From: a virus
IMG/VR virus record: IMGVR_UViG_3300025314_000001
Coordinates: 32,001 to 96,000 of that record
Reading direction: 5' to 3' (one strand)
DNA length: 64,000 nucleotides
The notes below the pieces were generated by a model. That model was not told the DNA's origin. It saw nothing but the letters and a program-made list of their open reading frames with translations, and did not search any database. Every line of letters starts with the position of its first letter. Within the stretch, counting starts at the first letter, position 1. Positions 9,374 to 18,496 of the stretch are shown here, piece by piece. Both the position numbers and the translations under genes were made by a program.

Positions 9374-10885
9374 TTAGGACGCCGTGACCGTGACGGTTTC
9401 CCCGAACTTCATGCTGAGGAAGATCCGGTCCATCCCGCTCGAGGTCGTCACATCGAGCGGCACGATGAAGTTGCCCTCCGCAATGGATTGCGGGGAGTTT
9501 GCTGCTGCGCGGTCGCCGAAGCCGTAATCGACGACGTGCGGCATCTTCAGCGGGTCGAGCTTCACGTTCTTCTTTAGGTTCGACATGAAGCGGTCGATGG
9601 CGATAATGACGTCGTCTTGGATGACCTGAACGTTCGGCGCGCCGGCGAAGTCGCGCAGGCTGCTGACGACACTGGTCGCGATGTAGTGACCGATGCGGGT
9701 GCGGGTGATCCGCTTCTTGGCTGGCGTCGACGGCGCAATCGTCGTCACGCCACCCTCGAAGCTCCAGCCGCCGTTCGGCTCTTTGATGATGGTGTTGATC
9801 CCACGCAGGGTGTTCGATCCCGCGGCTTCGCCGCGCGACGTCTCGAGTGAGACGATGCCGTTCAGCATTTCTCGGATGAATCCCGCTTTGCAGGCCGGCG
9901 AAGTGGACGGCGAGATCTGCGTCATGACCGACGCCAAGAACGAATCCCCCGGCACGAGCCGAAGCGTTCCGTCAATGTCGTCGCGGATCCGTACCCAACC
10001 GTCGACGTAGGCTGCTTGCCAGGACGAGTAACCAGAGGTGGCGACGTCGGTCTGGGCTTGCGCCAGCGTGAGCCCAGAGTCCCCGTGGATCAGTGCCATC
10101 CGGTCGCCCATGAGGGTCGCGTGAGCCACGAGCCCCGCCATGACGCCGGCTCGGTCAACGTCTCCGGGGTCATCCGCAAAGACGACCCGCACGTCTCGGT
10201 CGGACTCGGCTAGCGCTAGACCGTAGTCTCCGGACCCAGCCGTACCGAGGTAACGCGCCGAGTTTACGGTGCCGTCGGAACCGGTGCTGAAGCTTCCGGT
10301 GCCGTCTGTCGGACGTCCCGTGTTCGAGCGCGTCATGGACCCGAGCAGGATGCATCCCGTTGTCGTCGGGTCCGTGTAGGACGACCCCGACGCATCGACG
10401 TTGCGCAGGATGTCTGAGCTGGTACCGCTCGCCCCGGTGATCGTGATCGTTAGGTCGAAGTGGTTGGCGTCTCCGTCGGATGCGGCGGCGATGGTCCACG
10501 TGACGGAGTTGCCGGCGGCCCCAACGTACTTCAGCGTGGCGACCAGGATGGTGGTTCCGCCATTCACTAGGTTCGCCGTCGCCTTCGCCGCTGCGCTCCC
10601 GACGGCGCGCACGATACGGAGGTCGTACCAGCCCTTTTTTAGCAGTGCGAGATACCCTGAACCGGTGCGGGTCATCCCGGGAGGCGCCATCGTCAACGCC
10701 AGGTCTCCGATGTTCGTCGGGTGAAAGGGCGTTGCCTGGTCGACATGGGTGGGACCCCACGGGAACTGTCCCAGTAGTAACGCGGTAGCGGTCCCGGCGG
10801 ACTGCACCAGCGCCGGGGGCTCGCGCTCGATCGCGTAGATCCCCATCAACGTTGGAGTCGTGATGGATTGGACGAATACAGGCAT
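9374..10885 (-). CDS. Contractile tail sheath protein
   Basis: GIYAIE, GQFPWGP, LKYVGAAGNSV, DRMALI, GINTI and RITRTR sheath motifs. Confidence 0.9.
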   Translation of the reverse strand: MPVFVQSITTPTLMGIYAIEREPPALVQSAGTATALLLGQFPWGPTHVDQATPFHPTNIGDLALTMAPPGMTRTGSGYLALLKKGWYDLRIVRAVGSAAAKATANLVNGGTTILVATLKYVGAAGNSVTWTIAAASDGDANHFDLTITITGASGTSSDILRNVDASGSSYTDPTTTGCILLGSMTRSNTGRPTDGTGSFSTGSDGTVNSARYLGTAGSGDYGLALAESDRDVRVVFADDPGDVDRAGVMAGLVAHATLMGDRMALIHGDSGLTLAQAQTDVATSGYSSWQAAYVDGWVRIRDDIDGTLRLVPGDSFLASVMTQISPSTSPACKAGFIREMLNGIVSLETSRGEAAGSNTLRGINTIIKEPNGGWSFEGGVTTIAPSTPAKKRITRTRIGHYIATSVVSSLRDFAGAPNVQVIQDDVIIAIDRFMSNLKKNVKLDPLKMPHVVDYGFGDRAAANSPQSIAEGNFIVPLDVTTSSGMDRIFLSMKFGETVTVTAS

Positions 10886-11021
10886 TGCGCCCTCGTTTTG
10901 GTTGTGACGAGGGCAGAGCTTGCCCTCGGGTTCCTACGTCAGCTGAGCTCGTGGCTCAGGCAACCCAGATCGCTTCACCGTCTACGGTGATGTTTGCTCC
11001 GCCCAGTGTCAGATGGTCGTG

Positions 11022-11645
11022 TTACGGAATGCGATTGTCGAACACGTCAATCTCTTCACGCGGTAAGGCGCTGTCGAGCAGAATACCCAGCGCAATCCGT
11101 AACAGCTGCGGGCTTTGCGCGGTCACCGTCGCCACCATGTGGGCCTCCCCATCGATAGTGGCGCGCCACTCATTGACCCGAACTGGGCTCGGAGAATCCG
11201 TGATGTCCGGGGGGTCGAAATCGAAGTCGACGTGCCCTTCGAACCCGTCGAGCTGAGCGTTGAACTCGAGCAGGATTCCGTCGCGTACCGGGTTGCCGGC
11301 GCCCAACGTGAAGAGCGGACCCTTGTGCAGTACGTCCTCCAGGTCCGCCAGCATCTGGTCTCGCTCGGCCTGGGACTGCGACCAGATGTCGATCTGGATG
11401 GGCTGATTCCGGTCTGCGAAACGCCACGTGTAGAGCCCCGTGGTCGCGTCCACCGGTACCATATCGACGTCGTCGATGTTAACCTGCTCGTCCTCGGCAG
11501 AGCCGGCGCACAGGATGGTCACGGCCCGCGGGGGAAGCGGTGCATCAGCCGCCGGCCACTCGTAGCTGATGACGGTGTCCGGCATCTGCCCAGCGATGAA
11601 CCGCCCAAGCGCCGCGCAGGCGGCTTTCTGGATGGGCTGGGTCAT
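11022..11645 (-). CDS. Tail terminator / completion protein
   Basis: IQIDIWSQSQAERDQ motif; sits before the sheath gene. Confidence 0.6.
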   Translation of the reverse strand: MTQPIQKAACAALGRFIAGQMPDTVISYEWPAADAPLPPRAVTILCAGSAEDEQVNIDDVDMVPVDATTGLYTWRFADRNQPIQIDIWSQSQAERDQMLADLEDVLHKGPLFTLGAGNPVRDGILLEFNAQLDGFEGHVDFDFDPPDITDSPSPVRVNEWRATIDGEAHMVATVTAQSPQLLRIALGILLDSALPREEIDVFDNRIP

Positions 11646-11648
11646 GGG

Positions 11649-11912
11649 TCAAGCTTCCGGGAAGTCCGAGGCGCCGCAGCACTCACAGAAGTTGAATTCC
11701 TGTCCCATCCATAGACGCAGTACCAATGGGCGAAGGTGGTAGACGACCTCCGTGTCCTCGTGCCTCGGAGCATCGCAGAGCCGGGCGCGGCCCATGCGCA
11801 AGAGTAGGTTATCATGCGCCCTGTCCCACACCTGTACGTCGCAACGTTCAGGATCTGATTCCGCCTCGCCTAGAGCCACGAGTGCCGCAGCGGTCTGCCT
11901 GTCGTAGATCAT
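11649..11912 (-). CDS. Hypothetical protein
   Basis: Coupled start/stop overlap; C-terminal Cys cluster. Confidence 0.4.
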   Translation of the reverse strand: MIYDRQTAAALVALGEAESDPERCDVQVWDRAHDNLLLRMGRARLCDAPRHEDTEVVYHLRPLVLRLWMGQEFNFCECCGASDFPEA

Positions 11913-12487
11913 CGGTTCCCGCCCCGGTCGGGCAATGCCCTGCGTACTTCCTCAGCAAGAATCTCGCGAACCCGGGGTATGGACGACCTCATGAACCAGT
12001 GAGGTCTGGTCCCGTGGGCCGCGATGGACCGCTGGATGCCGCGGGCGATGCGCGCAGCGTCTTCGACCTGCTGGCCTCCGGCCGCGGCGGCCATGGCGTG
12101 CAGCTCTCCAGCGATGCGTGCTGCATGATGCCGAGTCGTGCTTCCGGTAAGCCTACGGTGAGGGTTCACTCGCCCACGGGTGTCTATCCCCTGCATCCCT
12201 CGGAGATTCACCCAGTCGATAAGGGGAGCCAGTGGGGGCCAGTGGGGCCTAGACCCGCGCTCCACCGAAGCAGCATGGGGAGCGTCGGCGATGATGGTGT
12301 GGAAGGGGCCCGTGTGGACGGAGTCCCGGAGTTCCCCGAACGCCACCGGCATGTGCCGCCGGACGTACTGGGCTCCCCGATCGGCGGCCCGTCGCCTGGC
12401 GTCGTCAAGCCTGCGCTCACGCGACTCGTGGTCCCTTGAGATCTTCCTTAAGGCCGCCGCGAGCGACTTGAACTTGAACTCAGCCAC
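11909..12487 (-). CDS. Neck protein, HK97 gp10-like
   Basis: PVAFGELRDS, APHAASVERGSRPH, HGTRPHWFMR. Confidence 0.75.
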   Translation of the reverse strand: MAEFKFKSLAAALRKISRDHESRERRLDDARRRAADRGAQYVRRHMPVAFGELRDSVHTGPFHTIIADAPHAASVERGSRPHWPPLAPLIDWVNLRGMQGIDTRGRVNPHRRLTGSTTRHHAARIAGELHAMAAAAGGQQVEDAARIARGIQRSIAAHGTRPHWFMRSSIPRVREILAEEVRRALPDRGGNR

Positions 12488-12496
12488 GGGCGTGCC

Positions 12497-13588
12497 TCAG
12501 TGAAGCTTCTCCACCGCAAACCGCAGGTTCTGCTCAATGCGGGGCCGGTGCTCTACAGGGAGCAGACCCATGAGCAACCGCCGAGCTACCCTTGCGCTCT
12601 CTTCGTACTTGCCGACCCAGTAAGCCGCGATAGAGAGCTCATCGAGGCTCCGCCACCGGTAGACGCCTTCGTCCAGAAATAGCGTGTCGTCCGGCTTATC
12701 GATGCGCGTAGCGGCGGAGGCAAACAGGTAAGCGGGCCAGAGGGCTCCGGTTTCCCGGTGCATCCGTGCGAGCTCGCAGAGCGGCTCGGCGCGCGTCGGG
12801 CGGACCTGGTAGGCCCGGAGATAGGCCTCGATGGCCTCGGCTCTGCGCCCCAGGTGTTCGAGGTTCCGCGCTACCTGAAACTCAGAGTACCAGACCTCTT
12901 CATCCCAACCGCCCATTTGGGCTCGGCGCCGGTAGGCTTCTAGCGAATTCTCGTACTGCTTGGCGTCCCGCCAGCTCTGGCCGAGGTAGAAGACGTAACG
13001 CGAGTTGTTCGGTTCCTTCTCGAGCGCCTTGGTGATGCCCAGGGCGTGCCGCGTGTACTTCTCCTCCGGGCTCAGCTGGTTCTGCGCCGAGTCGAAGAGG
13101 CCGTGCACGAGTGGCCCCGGCAGACGAGATTCAGTGTGCGGGGCGTCGCAGTAAATGGCCTCGTGGTAGGCGCCACGGTACTCCCACGGGGTCGAGCTCC
13201 GGACCAGCTTCGTCAGCCAGAACCGTACTTCTGAAGCGCCAGACCGTAGCTGCAGCTGGTAGCCGTCGTGTTCGAGCTTTGGCCAGCTGAAGCGCTCTGG
13301 AGCGACAAAGACTTCGTCGGCGTCGAGCACCAGGATGTAGTCGGCTTTTCCGCGCGCCAGTTCCAGAGCCTCGGTTCGGTTGGTGCCGAAGTCCTGCCAG
13401 GGGCGCCGGTGGAGCTCTCCGGGCTTCTGGGCGCCGGCCATGAACTCGCGGATGACCGCGTCGGTTCCGTCCGTGGACTCCAGGTCGTCAACGATGACCC
13501 AGCTATCGATGAACGGCGCGACGGAGCCGAGGCAACGCCGGATGACGTGCGCCTCGTTCTTCACGATCATGTTGAGGCAGACGCTCAT
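12497..13588 (-). CDS. GT2 glycosyltransferase with TPR repeats
   Basis: VCLNMIVKNE, STDGT, WQDFGTNR, LDADE (DxD) and YHE motifs, followed by TPR-like repeats. Confidence 0.9.
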   Translation of the reverse strand: MSVCLNMIVKNEAHVIRRCLGSVAPFIDSWVIVDDLESTDGTDAVIREFMAGAQKPGELHRRPWQDFGTNRTEALELARGKADYILVLDADEVFVAPERFSWPKLEHDGYQLQLRSGASEVRFWLTKLVRSSTPWEYRGAYHEAIYCDAPHTESRLPGPLVHGLFDSAQNQLSPEEKYTRHALGITKALEKEPNNSRYVFYLGQSWRDAKQYENSLEAYRRRAQMGGWDEEVWYSEFQVARNLEHLGRRAEAIEAYLRAYQVRPTRAEPLCELARMHRETGALWPAYLFASAATRIDKPDDTLFLDEGVYRWRSLDELSIAAYWVGKYEESARVARRLLMGLLPVEHRPRIEQNLRFAVEKLH

Positions 13589-14106
13589 CCAAACGTTCCG
13601 TACCGACTCGGCTTGATGGCGTGCATCGAGAAGAATAGGTTTCCGCCCTGCCGCTGCGTCCACATCTTCCCGAAGTCGGCCTTGAAGAGCCACCGGTAGT
13701 CGGACATCCAGGTGTGGCCGACCTGAATCCAGTATTGCTCCTGATCGAGAAAGACCAGCGTCTGCTCGGTGAGCATCCGGCGGTGCCCAGGGTCGCCCCA
13801 GGCGTGCTCATGGCTCGCCAGCGGGACCGAGGCCGCAAACAGACCGCCCGGCTTCAGGATGCGCCAGAACTCCGTGAACTGCTCGAAGAAGAACCGGTAG
13901 TCCCCCTGCATACCCGTGTGCTCGAGCACTTCGTAGGCGTGAATCTCGTCGAAGGCGTCCGCCTCGAAAGGGAGGGGTAGGCGCTCGAGGTCATGCAAAA
14001 CGTCGGGCTTGTGGTCGGGGTTGATGTCGAGCGTGACCAGCTTCGTCCACGGCGTATTGCCGACGCGCTTTTCGTGCAGCGCGCCGCAGCCAAGGAGAAG
14101 TTCCAT
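13585..14106 (-). CDS. Class I SAM-dependent methyltransferase
   Basis: LLLGCG, HDLERLPLPF, EVLEH, RILKPGG, DPGH. Confidence 0.85.
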   Translation of the reverse strand: MELLLGCGALHEKRVGNTPWTKLVTLDINPDHKPDVLHDLERLPLPFEADAFDEIHAYEVLEHTGMQGDYRFFFEQFTEFWRILKPGGLFAASVPLASHEHAWGDPGHRRMLTEQTLVFLDQEQYWIQVGHTWMSDYRWLFKADFGKMWTQRQGGNLFFSMHAIKPSRYGTFG

Positions 14107-14108
14107 GA

Positions 14109-14219
14109 TTACTCCCCCCGCGAGGCGCATCGACGCGCTCGTCCGCGTTCAATTAGTGCGCGGTACTGCTTGCCTGTGAATCGTTGCAGATCATCGAATA
14201 CCAGGACGCTGATGGACAT
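14109..14219 (-). CDS. 36-aa mini-ORF resembling the TerL Walker-B segment
   Basis: MSISVLVFDDLQRFTGKQYRALIERGRARRCASRGE; ATG overlaps the bfr stop and the ORF fills the intergenic gap. Confidence 0.55.
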   Translation of the reverse strand: MSISVLVFDDLQRFTGKQYRALIERGRARRCASRGE

Positions 14220-14692
14220 CAGCCCCCCGCGACCTGATTCGCCAGGTAGTTGTCGATTCCGATCTGGGCAATCTGGTCAAGCTGCTGCTCGCTCCACAGA
14301 AGGTGGTCTTCTTCGGACTTCAGATGCTCCTCGAAGAGCGCCCGGCTGCCTTCGTCCTTGAGCTCCACGGCGAGCAACACGGACTCGTTGTACTTGGATA
14401 CGGCGTCGGCTTCCGCCGCCCGGTCGTTCTCGAGCATGGCCTTGGGTTCCGCACCGATCCGGATCTCGTTGAGCTTGCTCACGATGGGCTTTCCCTCGAG
14501 GAACAGGATCCGGTCGATGAGTTCATCGGCGTGCCCCATCTCGGAGCGAGCGAGCCCCATGACGTGTTTTGCCAACGCCGCGTATCCCCATCGGCCATAC
14601 ATGGCCGCGTGTACCACGTACTGGTTGATCGCCGTTAGCTCCTCGGAGAGACGCTCGTTCAGAGCTGCGATGATTCTTGGGTTGCCTTTCAT
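14219..14692 (-). CDS. bfr: Bacterioferritin
   Basis: MKG...ELTAINQY...RILFLEG; ferroxidase ligands E18, E51, H54, E94, E127, H130 and heme ligand M52 at canonical positions. Confidence 0.95.
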   Translation of the reverse strand: MKGNPRIIAALNERLSEELTAINQYVVHAAMYGRWGYAALAKHVMGLARSEMGHADELIDRILFLEGKPIVSKLNEIRIGAEPKAMLENDRAAEADAVSKYNESVLLAVELKDEGSRALFEEHLKSEEDHLLWSEQQLDQIAQIGIDNYLANQVAGG

Positions 14693-14695
14693 GAC

Positions 14696-15355
14696 TCACC
14701 ACTTGGGGTAAAAAACTGTGTTTCCGTCGGTGTGGCCCAGGACGACTCCGGGGTGCGCCCAAATCTGCGTGCCGATGTCGCGCACTCGGCAATGGAAGGC
14801 GGTGTCCTCACCTTGCAGGATCCCCTTGTGGAAGAACTGCATGTGCAGGGCCCTAGTCATTCCGGCCTTCTCGGAAGTCTTGTAGGCCAGTGAGCGATAC
14901 TCATCAAAGAGCCGCACCACCAACCCCCGCTTGACAACCTGGAACCCATACCCCGCACTCTCGAACGTCCAGGGTGCCGACGGTTTCGGCTTCGGACACG
15001 GCATGATTACCGGCTCTGCCGCCGCGTTCTTGTAGCAGTAGACGCCGATCGCCAGGTCGACGTTCATGTCGATCAGTGTCTCGGCTTGCTCTGGAGTCCA
15101 CCCGATGTCGGCGTCGACGCTCAGGAAGTGCGACAACCCAGAGTCGAGAAACCGAAGAATCATCTCGTCGCGTGAGTTGCAGATCCCCATTGCTTTGAGG
15201 CTATCCACGCGCACGCGCCCTTGCCAGCGCACCCTTGCTTCGAGCATTCCGGCAACGCAAACGTCGTGGATCTGCCCTTTCTCACTCTGCACGCCGACGA
15301 AGATACCCGCCGTCTCGCTCACACCCATACTCTGCTCCTGTTCTTCAGCCGACAC
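14696..15355 (-). CDS. GT-A fold glycosyltransferase-like protein
   Basis: HFLSVDADIGW (DxD), GYGFQVVKR, GEDTAFCxR-like segment, LGH. Confidence 0.75.
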   Translation of the reverse strand: MSAEEQEQSMGVSETAGIFVGVQSEKGQIHDVCVAGMLEARVRWQGRVRVDSLKAMGICNSRDEMILRFLDSGLSHFLSVDADIGWTPEQAETLIDMNVDLAIGVYCYKNAAAEPVIMPCPKPKPSAPWTFESAGYGFQVVKRGLVVRLFDEYRSLAYKTSEKAGMTRALHMQFFHKGILQGEDTAFHCRVRDIGTQIWAHPGVVLGHTDGNTVFYPKW

Positions 15356-15400
15356 CCCGGGCCAACGGGGAGAGGACTGGTTCCTTGCGCTACCCCGCGT

Positions 15401-15835
15401 CTACGGAGTGCGCCTTGATCGCGTCAGCACGACGAACCACGCCAACGGGTCGGTCGTGTCGAGATTCTGTACCTTGAATTCCCCCTCGTAGTCCCCGCTC
15501 AGCATGTACAGGATCTCGGTGTGCGTCGATCCTGTCGGCATCAGCTGAGCGCGCGAAAATCCTCCACCACTTCCTTGGGTAAAGGGTGGCGTGATGGGCC
15601 CGAGCTTTACGTCGCCCATCTCGTAGAGACCCCCGGAGCTGCTGACCTCACGCGCCGAGAGCTGGCGAACTGGGTATCGAATCGGGAGCACGGTATCGAC
15701 GTCCCGGGGCGTGGTATTGGGCTGTCCAATCTTGCTCGGCCAGGTTCGTTCGCGTACCGTGACGGTGATGGTACGGATCGGGGTGGCGACGTTCCGAATT
15801 CGGTCGGCCACGAATCGGAAGCGGTCGAGGTTCAT
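15401..15835 (-). CDS. Head closure / head-tail joining protein
   Basis: Size, position, SGGLYEMGDVKLGPITP. Confidence 0.55.
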   Translation of the reverse strand: MNLDRFRFVADRIRNVATPIRTITVTVRERTWPSKIGQPNTTPRDVDTVLPIRYPVRQLSAREVSSSGGLYEMGDVKLGPITPPFTQGSGGGFSRAQLMPTGSTHTEILYMLSGDYEGEFKVQNLDTTDPLAWFVVLTRSRRTP

Positions 15836-15838
15836 CCC

Positions 15839-16213
15839 TTACCGCTCCCTATAGAGCACCGGCGACCCAAAGACGTCACAGCGGGGTGAGTAGTTCATAG
15901 CGTTGAAGAGTCGCCCAATCAACTGCCTCCCCCGCTTGCACAGAATCGCTAACCCGCGCGCCGGATCTATCGTGAGCTCGTTGACCTTGAAGGCCTCGGG
16001 TGCTGTCAGGACCTCCTGAATCTGAAGGTCCAGCGCTGCCAGCTCTGTAAGGTACCCGATGATCAGCAGCTCGGCTGACGAGTCCGGGTTGATCCCACCG
16101 TCCGCAATCGACTGGCACGCCGTGATCTGGCGCTCCAGCTGGAGATCTCGATGAGCAGCCGCCCATCCTCCCCAGGCTCGGATTGCGGCGCGGTGGGACT
16201 CGGTAAAGGCCAT
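15839..16213 (-). CDS. Head-tail adaptor protein
   Basis: MAFTESHRAAIRAWGGW N-terminus; position after capsid genes. Confidence 0.55.
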   Translation of the reverse strand: MAFTESHRAAIRAWGGWAAAHRDLQLERQITACQSIADGGINPDSSAELLIIGYLTELAALDLQIQEVLTAPEAFKVNELTIDPARGLAILCKRGRQLIGRLFNAMNYSPRCDVFGSPVLYRER

Positions 16214-16217
16214 TGGT

Positions 16218-16721
16218 CTATCTGCCTTTGGGTCCCTTCGGGGCCTGGTCGATCTTGGCGATCTCCGCCTGAAGCTCGGCGAGCTCTTCGTCTTCGCCGA
16301 CCACGACCTGGGGCCGCTGTTGCATCATGTTTTGCACGATGGCCGCGGTCTCGGCGGCCGCCGTGACCTTTTCCTTGAGCTCACGCTTGCGTGCCGTAGC
16401 GGGGTCGAGCGCGGGGTGCATCGGCGCCGGCTCGCGGCCGCGCTTCTTGAGCTGCGGGGCGAGTCCAGACTGGATGACGCCGTTCTTGTCCGTGAACTGG
16501 ACCGCTTGGTCGTAGATCTTCTCCAAACGGATAGACCCACCTGGTGGTACCACGACATCCTTGTACTTACGGGGCCGTGTCCCTTCAGCCCACTGCTTTT
16601 GCGAAAACTTGTGACCCGCCGCGTCTATCCACAGTCGCAACGTCACGATCTGTTTGGTTGGATTTTCCCAGATGGTGTATTCGTCCTCATTGACGACTGT
16701 CGACATGGTTTCTTGTGGCAT
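16218..16721 (-). CDS. Hypothetical head-module protein
   Basis: Co-oriented with tight spacing. Confidence 0.5.
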   Translation of the reverse strand: MPQETMSTVVNEDEYTIWENPTKQIVTLRLWIDAAGHKFSQKQWAEGTRPRKYKDVVVPPGGSIRLEKIYDQAVQFTDKNGVIQSGLAPQLKKRGREPAPMHPALDPATARKRELKEKVTAAAETAAIVQNMMQQRPQVVVGEDEELAELQAEIAKIDQAPKGPKGR

Positions 16722-16779
16722 GAGACTCTTTGACTCCCTGTTCGTTGTGAAGGTGTACCCGAAGCGTTGTTTGCTTCGA

Positions 16780-17316
16780 CTACGGATCGATGGGCTCGAT
16801 ATGCGCTCCGGCTAACCCAGCCACCACGTGGGCGTTGAGCTGGACAGCTTCGTCGTTGACCAGCGTGATGAGTGTAGCCGTGTTGGTGCAGGTCGCTGCC
16901 GTGATGGCGTTGACGGTGTCGTTGGTCGCGTGGACTCCCGATGCCGTTCGGTGAGCCGTGTATCCGGTGAGGATCGCGTTGGCCAGCGTGATGCCGGTCG
17001 TGACGTCGGTCGCATCGGCTACTGTGATCGACGCCGAGGCGGTCGTTCCGTGGGGAACTCCGTCGGGTGCGTGCTGGTTGTAGATGCCCTTGACGTCGTT
17101 GACGAGCGTTACGGCTGTCGCCGCCGTTGTCGCCGCTACGGTGCTACATGCCAGCGCACCCGGCATGGTGGGCTCCATCGGGTCATCCACCGAAGCGCGC
17201 GAAATGTCGTAGTGGATGTTCGTCGAAACCACTGCTTCGCGCAGCGCATTGAATGCCAGCGCGATCGTCTTGAGCAGCGAGGCCGGCTCGATGCCTTTTC
17301 TGACTTTCAGACTCAT
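16780..17316 (-). CDS. Putative capsid decoration protein
   Basis: Ala/Thr-rich with three internal AT...LxN...(Y/L)xxH repeats; directly after the capsid gene; RBS. Confidence 0.5.
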   Translation of the reverse strand: MSLKVRKGIEPASLLKTIALAFNALREAVVSTNIHYDISRASVDDPMEPTMPGALACSTVAATTAATAVTLVNDVKGIYNQHAPDGVPHGTTASASITVADATDVTTGITLANAILTGYTAHRTASGVHATNDTVNAITAATCTNTATLITLVNDEAVQLNAHVVAGLAGAHIEPIDP

Positions 17317-17414
17317 GGTGTTGCTCCAGGTCCAGAGGAATGGAAAGGGGTTGGCCTGGACGGCGCCGCGCCGCAGGGAGTCACCCCAGCGCGGCGCCCT
17401 CCAGAGCGGCTTGG

Positions 17415-18455
17415 CTACTCGGCGATGTCCGCGATGTACCCGAAGGCACCACGGCGCTTCAGACAGAGCGCCACGGTCGCTTCCATGACGAACTGCACGT
17501 AGCTGCCCAGACGTCCCAGCGGGTAGATCCTGATCGGAATGCTCGACGCGTCGAACACGTTTCCGTCGGCGGTACCCCTAGCCTGGACGATCTGTTGCAT
17601 CGTCTGTTCCCCGAAGGGCGCCGGGGGCAGAAACTGCATCTCGCATTGGTCGGGGTTGAAGGCGACCATGTATCCCGCGCTGCAGTCGATGTCGTCGTCG
17701 ATTGGACGACCTCTCCAGAACAGGTCCTCGGCTCCGAGGTTCGCAGCTCCGCCCATGCCGGCAACGACGGTCTTCTGGTTGAAGAGCCCTTCGTACTTGG
17801 TCTTCACTCCGGGCGAGCAAAGGAAACGCTTCGGCGTGTTGGCCTGGCCGGCGTGCGTTCTGATTCCCTGGTTCAGCTGGGCGATGAGGTCCAGCGTCAG
17901 GGGGCGGTCCGTTCCGCCATTGGCCAACACGGTGCTGACCCAGTAGGTCGAATCGGTGATTGCCGCATAGGCGCCAGACGACGCAATGGCTCCGCCCAGG
18001 AGACCCACGCAGTTCGCGTTCCCTGATCCGTCGGTTCCATCGCCGGTCCACATGTCGGTATTGATGGCCCGAGCGATCGTGGCCGCACCTTCCATGATAC
18101 GGTTGGCGAGCTTGTTCCCGATGATCAGGGGGTTACGTTGCCCGGTCGACGCCAAGACATCGAGCTCGGTCGTCGTGAAACCGAAGGTGTGCCGATAGAT
18201 GCCCCAGCTCAGATAGGCGTTGTCTTCGACCATCTGCGTCGCGTCGCTGGCAGCCACGGTCGCGCCTTCGGCAACGGTTGCGGCGGTTGCACCACCGAGC
18301 TGGGCAGCCCACGCGGCTCGAGGACCACGGGGAACTCCGGTGGGGGCCGGCACCAACGACAGGAGTTTACACTCCTTGTTCCACGTGCGGGCGATATCGG
18401 GCCCGAACTGATCGACGAGAATTGCCGCAGCAACGGTCAGGGTTTCGACAGCCAT
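17415..18455 (-). CDS. Major capsid protein
   Basis: 346 aa after the scaffold gene; VAEGA, DMWTGDG, WRGRPIDDD; strong RBS. Confidence 0.85.
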   Translation of the reverse strand: MAVETLTVAAAILVDQFGPDIARTWNKECKLLSLVPAPTGVPRGPRAAWAAQLGGATAATVAEGATVAASDATQMVEDNAYLSWGIYRHTFGFTTTELDVLASTGQRNPLIIGNKLANRIMEGAATIARAINTDMWTGDGTDGSGNANCVGLLGGAIASSGAYAAITDSTYWVSTVLANGGTDRPLTLDLIAQLNQGIRTHAGQANTPKRFLCSPGVKTKYEGLFNQKTVVAGMGGAANLGAEDLFWRGRPIDDDIDCSAGYMVAFNPDQCEMQFLPPAPFGEQTMQQIVQARGTADGNVFDASSIPIRIYPLGRLGSYVQFVMEATVALCLKRRGAFGYIADIAE

Positions 18456-18496
18456 GATGACCTCTTCTGGGCGGATCCCCGCCCTCTTGGCTGGGC

